64,000 nucleotides of DNA from Candidatus Aenigmatarchaeota archaeon (GCA_018920365.1 JAHLMM010000001.1:199628-263627); one strand, 5' to 3'; shown: positions 10,519 to 20,660, numbered from the stretch's first letter. Numbers and translations are program-made. The notes: generated by a model from the letters alone, not told the origin.

Positions 10519-11094
10519 ATGAAATTGCACATCTATCTTTTCAGACATGGAAAAACATATTTTAATTTAGCAAAAAGATTTACAGGTTGGAAGGATTCTA
10601 AATTATCTCCAGAAGGGATTAAGAATGCAAAAACGCTGGCAAAAAAAATGAAAAATCTTAAATTTCAAGTTGCTTTCTGCTCATCTTTGTCAAGATCAAA
10701 AGACACTTTGAAATATGTTTTAAAATATCACCCAGAATGTAAAAGAATAATAGTTGATGACAGAATTATAGAAAGGAGCTATGGCAGACTTCAAGGCAAA
10801 TATCACAAGTCAATAATAGAGAAATATGGTCAAAGACAGTTTGATATATGGCACAGATCTTATGCTGTTGCTCCTCCTGGCGGCGAATCGATAAAAATGG
10901 TTGAAAAAAGAGTTAGATCATTCATCAAAGATTTATTAAAAATGATGAAAGAGCAAAAAGTTAATGTTGCAATATCGGCTCATGGAAATTCTATGAGGCC
11001 GTTCAGAAGATATTTTGAGAAATTGACAATAAAAGAAATGATGAAATTAGAAAATCCGTATGACGAATACTTCCATTATACTATAGAGGTTTGA
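10519..11094 (+). CDS. gpmA: Histidine phosphatase / cofactor-dependent phosphoglycerate mutase
   Basis: RHG, ERSYG, GES, AHGNS. Confidence 0.8.
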   Translation: MKLHIYLFRHGKTYFNLAKRFTGWKDSKLSPEGIKNAKTLAKKMKNLKFQVAFCSSLSRSKDTLKYVLKYHPECKRIIVDDRIIERSYGRLQGKYHKSIIEKYGQRQFDIWHRSYAVAPPGGESIKMVEKRVRSFIKDLLKMMKEQKVNVAISAHGNSMRPFRRYFEKLTIKEMMKLENPYDEYFHYTIEV

Positions 11095-13252
11095 ATTTTT
11101 TTATTGTCAAAGAGTTTATAACCACAGAAACAGAGCTAAAAGCCATAGCAACTCCTGCTATCATAGGATTTAACAAAAACCCTGTGAATGGATATAGTGC
11201 ACCAGCTGCTATAGGTATTCCCAATGAATTGTAAAAGAATGCCCAAAACATGTTTTGCTTTATTTTTTTCATTGTTAATTTGCTTAAATTAATAGCATTT
11301 ATTGCATCAAAAAGGTTGTTTTTAACTAGTATTATATCTCCAGTTTCAATAGCAATATCACTTCCAGCGCCTATAGCCATGCTAACATCTGCTCTAGCCA
11401 AAGCTGGTGCATCATTAATTCCGTCCCCAATCATCAAAACTTTTTTTCCTTTTTTTTGTAGCTTCTTTATTTCATTCTCTTTTTCGTTTGGCATAACTTC
11501 AGCTATTACATTGTTTATTCCAAGTTGGCTTGCTATGTAATTTGCAGTTCTAAAATTATCTCCTGTGATCATATAAACCTCCTTTCCATCTTTTTTCAAA
11601 ATTTCCACTACTTGTTTTGCTTCATCTTTTATACTGTCAGAAATGCAAATAAGACCAATTAGTTTTTTGTTCAAAGCTACGAGAAAAACAGTCTTACCTT
11701 GATTTTCAAACTCTTGTATTTTGTTTTCATTTTCTTTAAAATCTATGTTATTGCTATTCATCAAACTCCTGTTACCTACAAATATTTTGATATTTTTGTA
11801 TTTGGAAACAATTCCGTTACCAGGTATATATTTAAATTGAGATGGATTTGGTACTCTGATTCCATTTTCTTCAGCTTTTTTTATTACAGCTTCAGCCAGC
11901 GGATGATCAGAATTTTTTTCGGCAATAGCTGCATAAAGAAGCGTATTATTTTTTCCAAAAGAGATAACGTCAACCACTTCTGGCTTGCCTTTTGTAAGTG
12001 TACCAGTTTTGTCAAAAACAACAGTGTCTATTTTATTCATTTTTTCAATTGATTCAGTGTTTTTTATTAAAATACCCATTTCAGCGCCTTTTCCACTTCC
12101 CAACATTATTGCTGTCGGAGTAGCTAGACCCAATGCACAAGGGCATGCTATTATCAATACAGATATGAAAATGCTTAATGCAAAGTAGAGGCTTTGTGAT
12201 AAAACAAAATACCAAATAAAGAAAGACATGACAGCTATTGAAAAAACAACTGGAACAAAAACAGAACTTATTTTATCAGCAATTTTTTGTATTGGCGCTT
12301 TTTTCGTTTGAGCATCTTCAATCAATTTTATTATCTGATTTATCATAGTTTCTTCTCCTATTTTTGTAGCCTTTAAACGAATGTATCCATTTTTGTTTAT
12401 AGTTCCTCCAAAAACTTCTTGACCTTTTACTTTTTCAACCGGAATACTTTCCCCAGTTAACATTGATTCATCTATTGTTGCATAACCATCAATTATAACA
12501 CCGTCAACAGGTATTTTCATCCCAGGTTTGACTACAATTATGTCGTCTTTTTTGATTAAACTGATATCTATTTCAATTTCTTTACCATCTTTCAATAAAA
12601 TTGCATTTTTTGGTCGTATTTCCATAAGTTTTTTTATCGCATGTGATGCTTTCCCCTTCGTTAGTGCTTCCATCCATTTACCAAGAATAACAAATGTTAT
12701 TATGACAGTTGATGTTTCAAAATAAAGATGATCTCCAAATTTTAATGGATAAAAAAAGGAAAGAACACTGTAGAAATATGCAGCAGAAGTACCAACAGCT
12801 ATCAAGGTGTCCATGCTTGCTTTTCGATTTTTCAATGAATAAAATGCGCCTCTGTAAAATATGTATCCAACAAAAAACTGCACAGGAGTTGACAAGCAAA
12901 GCAATATTATATTTTCATATGGTATTTCAATACCAAACCATTTGAAAGGCATTGATATCAAAAACACAGGTAGTGTAAAAATAATTGAAATTATGAATAG
13001 TTTTTTTAATTTTTTTATTTCATAGTCATTGAAAACATCATCATTTTTTATAACAGAATATCCAAGATTTTCTATAACTTTTGCTATTTTTTGAGGATTT
13101 GTCAGATTTTCATCGTATTCAACAAAAGCTGTTTCTGTAGCTAGGTTTACATTAGCCTTTAATACACCGTTTGAATTTTTAAGAGAAGATTCTATATTTT
13201 GTGAACAGCTTGCACAATGCATTCCTGATATTTTTAGCTTTGCATTTTTCAT
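11081..13252 (-). CDS. copA: Copper-exporting P1B-type ATPase
   Basis: HMA GMHCASC, TGES, CPC, DKTGT, HP, GDGIND, YN and MAFSS. Confidence 0.95.
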   Translation of the reverse strand: MKNAKLKISGMHCASCSQNIESSLKNSNGVLKANVNLATETAFVEYDENLTNPQKIAKVIENLGYSVIKNDDVFNDYEIKKLKKLFIISIIFTLPVFLISMPFKWFGIEIPYENIILLCLSTPVQFFVGYIFYRGAFYSLKNRKASMDTLIAVGTSAAYFYSVLSFFYPLKFGDHLYFETSTVIITFVILGKWMEALTKGKASHAIKKLMEIRPKNAILLKDGKEIEIDISLIKKDDIIVVKPGMKIPVDGVIIDGYATIDESMLTGESIPVEKVKGQEVFGGTINKNGYIRLKATKIGEETMINQIIKLIEDAQTKKAPIQKIADKISSVFVPVVFSIAVMSFFIWYFVLSQSLYFALSIFISVLIIACPCALGLATPTAIMLGSGKGAEMGILIKNTESIEKMNKIDTVVFDKTGTLTKGKPEVVDVISFGKNNTLLYAAIAEKNSDHPLAEAVIKKAEENGIRVPNPSQFKYIPGNGIVSKYKNIKIFVGNRSLMNSNNIDFKENENKIQEFENQGKTVFLVALNKKLIGLICISDSIKDEAKQVVEILKKDGKEVYMITGDNFRTANYIASQLGINNVIAEVMPNEKENEIKKLQKKGKKVLMIGDGINDAPALARADVSMAIGAGSDIAIETGDIILVKNNLFDAINAINLSKLTMKKIKQNMFWAFFYNSLGIPIAAGALYPFTGFLLNPMIAGVAMAFSSVSVVINSLTIKKFKPL

Positions 13253-13674
13253 TTAAATCTCCATATTCCTTTTTCAATATCTGATTTTTTAATTACAACA
13301 TCATTACCCACCAAACTGTTTGGTAAATAACCAGGCCAGCAACCTCCAGAAACCTTGTTTTTACTTCCTAAATCATTTATCAAATACTTGTTACCACAAT
13401 TATTGCAAACTATGTAATTTCCATCTTGACTGTAACCTTTTTTGTTTTTGTAGCATATATCACATGCATCAAATGCTGTTTTTATAGAACTGTCGCTCGT
13501 TTTCACGGCAAAAAATCTTATTTTTATACCATCCTTTTCGTATTCGTACCATCTTGCATTTTCTGTGATTTCTGATTCAGGTATTTTTATGACTTGAGCA
13601 TTTGATGATTCAATGAGATTTTTTGTAAGGAAAAACATTAACAACACAATCAAGGTTAAAACTAGAACTTTCAT
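13249..13674 (-). CDS. DUF2318-like membrane-anchored Fe-S/metal protein
   Basis: AFDACDIC, CNNCG, GGCWP. Overlaps the copA start. Confidence 0.75.
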   Translation of the reverse strand: MKVLVLTLIVLLMFFLTKNLIESSNAQVIKIPESEITENARWYEYEKDGIKIRFFAVKTSDSSIKTAFDACDICYKNKKGYSQDGNYIVCNNCGNKYLINDLGSKNKVSGGCWPGYLPNSLVGNDVVIKKSDIEKGIWRFK

Positions 13675-13678
13675 TAAA

Positions 13679-14560
13679 TCACCTTATATTACAACCACAT
13701 GATGAAATTCCACAGCTATTTTGAACATTTAAAGAGCTTATGTCATTTTTTTGGTTTTGATTGTCTTCAAATTCAGTTGCTTTGTATGTCCTGAAAACTT
13801 CGATTGATAATATTTCGGATTTTGATATTTTTGTTTGGTCATAAGATATGAAAAAGTAATTTGGAAATTCAAACTTTACATTTTCCACACCATCTAAAGA
13901 TTTTAATTCTTCTGTTATCAATGGTGCATGACCAGAACATGGTATATCTACACTTATTTTCAACACAGGATAGCTACTATATTCAGATGCAGATGCTGTT
14001 GATATATTTGTTAACAGAGGGAAAATAAAAAAGAAAAAAAGAACATTTACACCCAACGTTGATCCGTACATTACAGCAAGATACCCCCATTTTCTTTTTA
14101 TCCCATTAAACGACAGAAACCCGTTATTTTTCAAGTATACAAAAGACGATACTGTCGCAAAAATCAAAGATACTCCTATCAATATATAGAAAAAGTAGGG
14201 GTTCATTAAAATTGGCTTGAAAACATTTACGAAAAACGTTGATCCAATTATTGAAGCGATTACAAATGCGATGCAGCCTAAATGTGGTATTATACCATAA
14301 ATAATACCTTGTTTTATTGAATAACCTTTGCATATGCACGGTTTCTTACCACACACACAATAACCAAGCGATATTATTTTTTTGTTTATTTCTTCAATAT
14401 TGGTTTTATTTTGATCATACACCACTTCAGCAGACTCTGCTCCCAAGTTTACTTTAATTTTCTTCACACCTGGTAATTTAGATACAAAGTTTTCTATATT
14501 TCTAGCACAGCTATTGCAATGCATTCCTTTTATTTTTATCAACTTTTTTTTACCTTTCAT
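13679..14560 (-). CDS. Membrane protein with N-terminal HMA domain and C-terminal HMA-like domain
   Basis: GMHCNSC, about three TM helices, IPCSGHA, Cys-rich tail. Confidence 0.8.
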   Translation of the reverse strand: MKGKKKLIKIKGMHCNSCARNIENFVSKLPGVKKIKVNLGAESAEVVYDQNKTNIEEINKKIISLGYCVCGKKPCICKGYSIKQGIIYGIIPHLGCIAFVIASIIGSTFFVNVFKPILMNPYFFYILIGVSLIFATVSSFVYLKNNGFLSFNGIKRKWGYLAVMYGSTLGVNVLFFFFIFPLLTNISTASASEYSSYPVLKISVDIPCSGHAPLITEELKSLDGVENVKFEFPNYFFISYDQTKISKSEILSIEVFRTYKATEFEDNQNQKNDISSLNVQNSCGISSCGCNIR

Positions 14561-14598
14561 GCAAAATTATATAATGAAACAACATATCAACAATTGTT

Positions 14599-14612
14599 TG
14601 AAACTAGTTTCA
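14599..14612. promoter_or_regulatory. Perfect palindrome TGAAACTAGTTTCA, candidate operator of the cop genes
   Basis: 14-bp palindrome 39-52 nt upstream of the HMA gene start, directly beside palindrome AACAATTGTT (14589-14598). Confidence 0.5.
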
Positions 14613-14629
14613 TCTAAAATAAATTATAT

Positions 14630-15142
14630 CTAGTAGTTATTTGGTCTATTTTTAATTATTACAATGTTTGTCATTCCCCTTCTTTTTCTTTCAACTATAC
14701 CCATGCCTTCAAGTCTGTCTAGTATTCTTGTAACTTTAACTTTGGAAAATCCTGTTCTTTCAACTAGGTCTGATTGAAAAACAGCACCATCTGATTCAAC
14801 TAATTTTTGAACCAATTGTTTTTCATCATTATTAAGTTTTTTCATTATATCAGTCAAGTCAACTTTTTGCGAATGTTCATGAATTTTAACTCTCTTTACT
14901 TTTGTGACTATTTTTTCTTCTTGACCAAAGAAAATCATATATAAACCTATTATTATTATGAAAACCATTATTCCAATGCTTATGTTTGTCTGAAAATCAA
15001 TCGAACCCCACATTGGGCATTCTGGACCATGCGAACATGAAGTGTTTACTATATCTGTCAAGGCTTTGTTAAAAGAATAAATTATGAAGCCAATAAGTAT
15101 GGCAATTCCAAGTATTATAAATCCAACTATTCTGTTTTTCAT
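14630..15142 (-). CDS. Membrane-anchored winged-HTH regulator
   Basis: Two TM helices flanking SCSHGPECPM. C-terminal QSDLVERTGFSKVKVTRILDRLE wHTH. Confidence 0.8.
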   Translation of the reverse strand: MKNRIVGFIILGIAILIGFIIYSFNKALTDIVNTSCSHGPECPMWGSIDFQTNISIGIMVFIIIIGLYMIFFGQEEKIVTKVKRVKIHEHSQKVDLTDIMKKLNNDEKQLVQKLVESDGAVFQSDLVERTGFSKVKVTRILDRLEGMGIVERKRRGMTNIVIIKNRPNNY

Positions 15143-15173
15143 AAAACAATTCAATCAACAAAGCTTAAAAAAC

Positions 15174-15482
15174 TTAATAAAAGTTATCTTTTCTTAAAAT
15201 TCTCCAATGATAAATAAATAGTGGCAAACCTACAATCAACATTGATATTGATGATGAAATAGACCTTTGCCTTTCTGATCTTATAGTTTCAATTTGTATT
15301 TTTCTAGTTTGTTCATTTTCACTAATATTTTCAGGAAAATATGTGTATATCATATCGGCATCTTTGAATATGTATGTTCTCAATAATATGTCAACAATTT
15401 TAACACAACTTATCACGACAAGTATTAAACCTATTGCAGAAAATGTATATAGATATATCAATTTTATTATTTCACCTTTCAT
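15174..15482 (-). CDS. Small two-TM membrane protein (DUF5671-like)
   Basis: YLYTFSAIGL...VGLPLFIYHW. Confidence 0.6.
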   Translation of the reverse strand: MKGEIIKLIYLYTFSAIGLILVVISCVKIVDILLRTYIFKDADMIYTYFPENISENEQTRKIQIETIRSERQRSISSSISMLIVGLPLFIYHWRILRKDNFY

Positions 15483-15486
15483 TTAA

Positions 15487-16278
15487 TCACACCCTTGAAA
15501 TTTTATATTCATAATTGCCATCTTTGTTTATATCAACATAATAAAAACTACTGTCAGATAATATTTCAGCATCTATTTTGAATGAATCCAAAGTTTGCTC
15601 TTGTTTTTGCTTCCCGCCATGTGCCCTTTCAAAAGCAGATGTACCATCCTTGCCACACAAGTTAAGTATTGATTTATCGCCACCCGGATGCTTACTTGAC
15701 CAATCAGTTAAATCGTAAGCCTGGTTTCTTATTACTGTTATGCATTTTCCATGCTGATTACATTCTCCTTTGTATTTTACTCTTACATTTGCTGCTGAAG
15801 CGAAACATGAATTAGAATATGTTTTTCCATCATCACCACATACAGGGTCATAAACCTGTATACATACAACATTCTGTTCTTGTCTTGACCTGTTTATAAT
15901 TTCATCATGCTCATTTAGTTTAATTATTATATTTTGTATTATCTCTTGTGATTCTTTTCCTTTCAATGAATTTAACCTTTCAACAAGTCGTGATCTTGCA
16001 TTCTGATAATTTATCCATGCTTTTTCTACAGCATTTGTTTTATTCATAGAGTTGATTTTTTCATATTCCAGTAATTTTTCTTGAACAAATCTTTCTTCAA
16101 GCTCTATTCTTCTCTCTTGATTGAATGTAAATGTTAGTTGAATATTTCTTTTTAACTCTTTAAGAAAATAAAACGGACTATCTGGAAGTATTCCAATGTC
16201 TTGCGCATTAGCAATAGGAAACAACAGAAAAGCTACAATAAAGATTTCTATCTTCATTTTATTCATATTCATGTTCAT
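15487..16278 (-). CDS. Secreted fusion protein: DUF5667-like helical domain, Kazal domain and cytochrome b5-like domain
   Basis: Signal peptide; GILPDSPFYFLK; CIQVYDPVCGDDGKTYSNSC..GEC; YDLT..HPGG..GKDGT.AF..AH. Confidence 0.75.
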   Translation of the reverse strand: MNMNMNKMKIEIFIVAFLLFPIANAQDIGILPDSPFYFLKELKRNIQLTFTFNQERRIELEERFVQEKLLEYEKINSMNKTNAVEKAWINYQNARSRLVERLNSLKGKESQEIIQNIIIKLNEHDEIINRSRQEQNVVCIQVYDPVCGDDGKTYSNSCFASAANVRVKYKGECNQHGKCITVIRNQAYDLTDWSSKHPGGDKSILNLCGKDGTSAFERAHGGKQKQEQTLDSFKIDAEILSDSSFYYVDINKDGNYEYKISRV

Positions 16279-16314
16279 ATTAATAAGTTTTAATGATTTT
16301 TATATAATATTTAA

Positions 16315-16334
16315 ATATTCAAGATTATGAATAT
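16315..16334. promoter_or_regulatory. Inverted repeat ATATTCA-N6-TGAATAT, candidate ArsR operator
   Basis: Lies immediately upstream of the arsR ATG. Confidence 0.45.
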
Positions 16335-16339
16335 ATTTT

Positions 16340-16603
16340 ATGAAAAAATCTTTATTTGAAATATTGTCAAACCCAACAAGAGTTAAAATAATCAAAGTTT
16401 TGTCAAAAGGAGAGTTGTGCGCATGTGAAATACCATCAAAGGTTGGGAAATCACAGCCTAATATATCACAACAACTCAAACTTCTTACAAAGGCAAAAAT
16501 TTTAAAACCGAGAAGAAAAGGAAAGATGATATTATACAGTCTACTAGACAAAAGAGTCATTGATATTATAGACGTTGCAGAAAGCATCGAGGTGAGTAAA
16601 TGA
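16340..16603 (+). CDS. arsR: ArsR/SmtB family regulator
   Basis: LSNPTR, ELCACE metal site, SQPNISQQL. Confidence 0.88.
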   Translation: MKKSLFEILSNPTRVKIIKVLSKGELCACEIPSKVGKSQPNISQQLKLLTKAKILKPRRKGKMILYSLLDKRVIDIIDVAESIEVSK

Positions 16604-16842
16604 AAATAGAAGTTTTAGGATCTGGCTGTTCAAAATGCAAAAAAATGTATGAGTTAACAAAAATAGCGGCGGAACAACTTAATATAAAAGATAAAGTAGA
16701 ATATATCACAGGGGAAAGTGGAATAAGTAGGATTTTAGAACTTGGTGCAAGCTCTAGTCCTGTAATATCAGTTGATAATAGAGTAGTCATATCTGGTTTT
16801 ACATCTGATATTGAAAAGATAAAAAAAGCTATTAGGCGATGA
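16600..16842 (+). CDS. Small redox-active thioredoxin-fold protein (MTH895-like)
   Basis: MKIEVLGSGCSKC. Confidence 0.85.
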   Translation: MKIEVLGSGCSKCKKMYELTKIAAEQLNIKDKVEYITGESGISRILELGASSSPVISVDNRVVISGFTSDIEKIKKAIRR

Positions 16843-16843
16843 A

Positions 16844-17818
16844 ATGGATATTTTTCAACCAATACAAAAATTTGCAGATTTTATTACATTTAATTTAATG
16901 TCGTTGCCTAAAGAAAGTTTTTTTGGGCAAGCAATGAACTATTTTATTTATGATGTAATTAAAATAGGATTACTTTTGGTTTTAATCAATTATATAATGG
17001 CTATAACTAGATACTATTTTCCTACAGAAAAAGTGAAGAAAACATTAACTAAAAGAAGATGGTTTGGTTTTGATTATTTGACTGCAGCTTTGCTTGGAGT
17101 TGTGACTCCGTTTTGCTCATGTTCTTCTATACCACTCTTTATTGGCTTTCTAAGTGCAGGAATACCTCTGGGTATAACATTTACTTTTCTTATAAGTTCA
17201 CCATTAGTAAACGAGGCGTCATTATATTTGTTTCCAGCTTTATTTGGGCTCAAAATAACATTAGTATATAATTTAATAGGGATAACAATTTCAATTTTAG
17301 GTGGAATTTTTATACAATCATTAAAACTCGATAGATATGTTAATAGAGATTTGATGAAATTTAAATCAAGACAACAAATAGAGGACGAAACAAAAAAAAT
17401 GAAATTGAATGATCTTTTGAAGTACTGGTGGGATGATGGTTGGATTATAACGAAACAGGTATTTCCTTATGTGTTAATTGGCGTTGGTTTAGGTGCACTG
17501 ATACATGGATTTGTCCCAGTTAGTTTTGTTGAAAAATATATGGCATATGAGACAGTTTGGTCTATACCAGCAGCTGTATTTTTTGGCGCACCTTTGTATG
17601 CTAATTCTGTTGCAGTAATTCCTATAATGGAAGCTTTGGTTGAAAAGGGTGTTCCTATTGGCACTGCTTTAGCATTTATGACATCAATAGTTACAATATC
17701 TTTACCAGAGATACTCATGCTCAAAAGAGTTATGAAATGGCAGTTGTTATTATTGTTTTTTGGAATAACTGTTTTTGGAATAACTGTTATGGGTTATGTG
17801 ATAAATATTTTGTTTTAA
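16844..17818 (+). CDS. ArsP/DUF318 permease
   Basis: TPFCSCSSIP, SSPLVN, SLPE. Multiple TM helices. Confidence 0.9.
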   Translation: MDIFQPIQKFADFITFNLMSLPKESFFGQAMNYFIYDVIKIGLLLVLINYIMAITRYYFPTEKVKKTLTKRRWFGFDYLTAALLGVVTPFCSCSSIPLFIGFLSAGIPLGITFTFLISSPLVNEASLYLFPALFGLKITLVYNLIGITISILGGIFIQSLKLDRYVNRDLMKFKSRQQIEDETKKMKLNDLLKYWWDDGWIITKQVFPYVLIGVGLGALIHGFVPVSFVEKYMAYETVWSIPAAVFFGAPLYANSVAVIPIMEALVEKGVPIGTALAFMTSIVTISLPEILMLKRVMKWQLLLLFFGITVFGITVMGYVINILF

Positions 17819-17839
17819 CATAAACTTTAAATAATAATA

Positions 17840-17877
17840 TGAATAATAATTCATTATATGTATTGAATAATAATTCA
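17840..17877. promoter_or_regulatory. Two identical dyad boxes TGAATAATAATTCA upstream of the DUF5320-DUF134 genes
   Basis: Exact copies at 17840-17853 and 17864-17877, between TATA-like TTTAAATA and SD GGAGGTG. Confidence 0.6.
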
Positions 17878-17893
17878 AAACGGAGGTGTTAAT

Positions 17894-18088
17894 ATGCCAG
17901 GAAGAGACGGAACAGGGCCTTTGGGTCAAGGACCTTTGACAGGAAGAGGTTTGGGTAGATGCAGAAAACATAGAGATATTGCAAATATATCGAGAGAAGA
18001 ACAAAGAAAAATCCTTCAATCTCAGCTTGAACAATTAGAAAGAGAAAAAGAAAATATAATTAGAAAAATAAATGAATTAAAGGATTAA
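17894..18088 (+). CDS. DUF5320 family protein
   Basis: MPGRDGTGPLGQGPLTGRGLGRC plus coiled coil. Confidence 0.85.
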   Translation: MPGRDGTGPLGQGPLTGRGLGRCRKHRDIANISREEQRKILQSQLEQLEREKENIIRKINELKD

Positions 18089-18394
18089 ATGCCGAGACCA
18101 AGAAAATGTAGAAGAATATTTGTTGAACCAGAAGTTACATACTTTAAGCCAGCAGGTATAGGAATGAGAGAATTAGATGAAAATGTATTAACAGTGGATG
18201 AGTTTGAAGCTTTGAGATTATGCGACTTGGATGGACTTGAACAAAATAAAGCAGCCGAAAGTATGAGCATATCTCAACCAACTTTTAATAGACTTGTAAA
18301 TTCAGCAAGAAAAAAAATAGCTGACGCTATTGTTAACGGTAAAGCAATAAAAATTCAAGGAGGAAATTACAAGTTCAAAAGAAAATTTTTATGA
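18089..18394 (+). CDS. DUF134 (UPF0251) HTH DNA-binding protein
   Basis: MPRPRKCRRI, EFEALRL, SQPTF, ARKKIADAIV. Confidence 0.9.
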   Translation: MPRPRKCRRIFVEPEVTYFKPAGIGMRELDENVLTVDEFEALRLCDLDGLEQNKAAESMSISQPTFNRLVNSARKKIADAIVNGKAIKIQGGNYKFKRKFL

Positions 18395-18395
18395 A

Positions 18396-20651
18396 TTATT
18401 TTTTCAAAATTTTGTGTATTATTCCTTTTTCAGCTTCAGCAACTATATATCTTGTTTTGTCAACAACATCAGGATTCACTGACACACTTGTAATTCCCCA
18501 TTTAACGAGCTTTCTTGTCAATTCAGGATAAACACTTGGTGCTTGACCACAAATAGAACATGTGACTTTATATTTTTTACATGTTTTTACAATTCTTTCT
18601 AAAGACCATAAAACAGCAGGATCAAGTTCATTAAACCATCTTTGTCCAAGTATAGCTGAATCCCTATCAACACCTAAAACTAATTGTGTCAAATCATTGC
18701 TGCCTATAGAAACACCGTCTATACCTTTCTTGCAAAACTCTTCTATCAGAATAGCAGCTGATGGTACTTCGACCATTATCCATAATTTGAATTTTTTATC
18801 TTTGCTTAGACCAACTTTGTCAACAATCTTCTTTATTTCATCCAACTCCCACAATGTTCTTACAAATGGTATCATCAAATAGACGTTATCATATCCTTTG
18901 TCCCTTGCTTTTTTTATGGCTTTCAATTCCAACTCAAATGTTTCTGGCTCTATTATGTATCTTGAAGCACCTCTCCATCCAATCATCGGGTTGTTTTCAT
19001 GCGGCTCATATCTTTTTCCCCCTGCCAAATCAGCATATTCGTTTGTCTTGAAATCCAAAGCTCTGTAAACAATTGGTCTAGGATAGAATGCTTTGGCAAC
19101 TTTTTCAATTCCTTTAGCAAAAGTATTGATGAATAAATCGTCACCACCTCTTTTTATAAGAAGCTTTGGATGTTTGCCGACTTCAGATGCCATGAATTCA
19201 GCCCTCATCAAGCCAATACCATCACATTTCAGATCCTTGTATTTTTCAGCCATTTCAGGCTCTCCTAGATTCATGTAAACTTTTGTTTTAGTTTTTACGT
19301 ACTCGTATGTTTCTTGTTTCTTTTCAATATCGACTTTACCAAGATAAATCAAACCATTATAGCCATCTATTGTTACAGTATCACCATCTTTTAGTTTTTT
19401 TGTAGCATCTTTAGTTCCGACAACACAGACAACACCTAATTCTCTTGAGACAATAGCAGCATGTGATGTGCTTCCGCCTTCGTCAGTAATAATTCCAGCA
19501 GCCCTTTTCATGCCAGGGACATAGTCAGGATTTGTCATTTTTGTTACTAGTATATCACCTTGTTTTATTTTGTTCAATTCTTTTGGGGATTTTATTATTT
19601 TGACAACACCATAAGCTATCCCAGGCGATGCAGCTAGTCCTTGTAGCAATGGCTTTTCTTTGACAATTTTGGTTTCACCTTGTTTTTCATAAATTACAGT
19701 TATTGGCCTTGTTTGAACAAGATATGCTTTGTTCTTTTCAACTACCCATTCAAAATCTTGAGGTTTTTTATAATGTTTTTCTAATTTTAATGCCAGTTTA
19801 TATAGCTGTCTAAGCTCATCATTACTTAAAACTCTTTTATTTTGCATTTTTGCAGGGACTCTGAGAACTTTGATACCACCTTTTCTGTTAAGAACTCTCA
19901 TTTCCAATTTTTTCGCAATGTGTTTTTGTAAAACTTCACCTGTTTTTTTATCCAAAATGTATGTATCAGGTGTTACGGCACCAGAAACTACACTTTCACC
20001 TTGACCCCATGAACCTTCAATCATTATTTTGTTTCTATCTCCTGTAGAAGGATGAACAGTGAAACCTACTCCTGCTTTATCAGAATTTAGCTGCTTTTGA
20101 ACTGGTACAGCTATTAGAACTTTTTTATGATCAAACCCCTTGCTTACCCTATAAAATGTTGCTCTAGCAGTAAACAAAGATGCCCAACATTTTTTTACAG
20201 CTTTTATGACATTGTCTTTACCTTTAATGTTCAAAACTGTTAATTGTTGGCCAGCAAAAGAAGCATCTGGTAAATCTTCTGCAGTAGCAGAGCTTCTTGC
20301 AACAACAAATTCTTCTTTCACATTATATTGTTTTGACAACTTCTGGTAAGCGATCTCTATTTCATCTTCTATTTCTTTAGGCATTTTTGTCTTTTCAATT
20401 AACTCTCTTATTTTTTGTGTATTTTTTTGAAGCTCTTCACTATCATTAACATTAGTGTTTTTAAGTATCTCAAATATAGCTTCATCAATGTTTGTTTTTT
20501 CTAGAAAGTATTTGTAAGCATGTGAAGTTACAACAAATGCGTTTGGTACAGGAAGCTTCATATTATACATTTCTGCTAGATTAGCACCTTTACCGCCTGC
20601 TATTGGTATATCTCTTCTTGACATTTCATTCAAAAATTTTATAAATTTCAC
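18396..20651 (-). CDS. ppsA: Phosphoenolpyruvate synthase
   Basis: GGKGANL, RSSATAED, TSHAAIV phospho-His, SIGSNDL, CGQAP. Confidence 0.96.
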   Translation of the reverse strand: MKFIKFLNEMSRRDIPIAGGKGANLAEMYNMKLPVPNAFVVTSHAYKYFLEKTNIDEAIFEILKNTNVNDSEELQKNTQKIRELIEKTKMPKEIEDEIEIAYQKLSKQYNVKEEFVVARSSATAEDLPDASFAGQQLTVLNIKGKDNVIKAVKKCWASLFTARATFYRVSKGFDHKKVLIAVPVQKQLNSDKAGVGFTVHPSTGDRNKIMIEGSWGQGESVVSGAVTPDTYILDKKTGEVLQKHIAKKLEMRVLNRKGGIKVLRVPAKMQNKRVLSNDELRQLYKLALKLEKHYKKPQDFEWVVEKNKAYLVQTRPITVIYEKQGETKIVKEKPLLQGLAASPGIAYGVVKIIKSPKELNKIKQGDILVTKMTNPDYVPGMKRAAGIITDEGGSTSHAAIVSRELGVVCVVGTKDATKKLKDGDTVTIDGYNGLIYLGKVDIEKKQETYEYVKTKTKVYMNLGEPEMAEKYKDLKCDGIGLMRAEFMASEVGKHPKLLIKRGGDDLFINTFAKGIEKVAKAFYPRPIVYRALDFKTNEYADLAGGKRYEPHENNPMIGWRGASRYIIEPETFELELKAIKKARDKGYDNVYLMIPFVRTLWELDEIKKIVDKVGLSKDKKFKLWIMVEVPSAAILIEEFCKKGIDGVSIGSNDLTQLVLGVDRDSAILGQRWFNELDPAVLWSLERIVKTCKKYKVTCSICGQAPSVYPELTRKLVKWGITSVSVNPDVVDKTRYIVAEAEKGIIHKILKK

Positions 20652-20660
20652 AAAACCACC

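Noticed and set aside
11081-18394. Metal-resistance cluster as a mobile element
   Set aside because: No integrase, transposase, terminal repeats or flanking tRNA visible.
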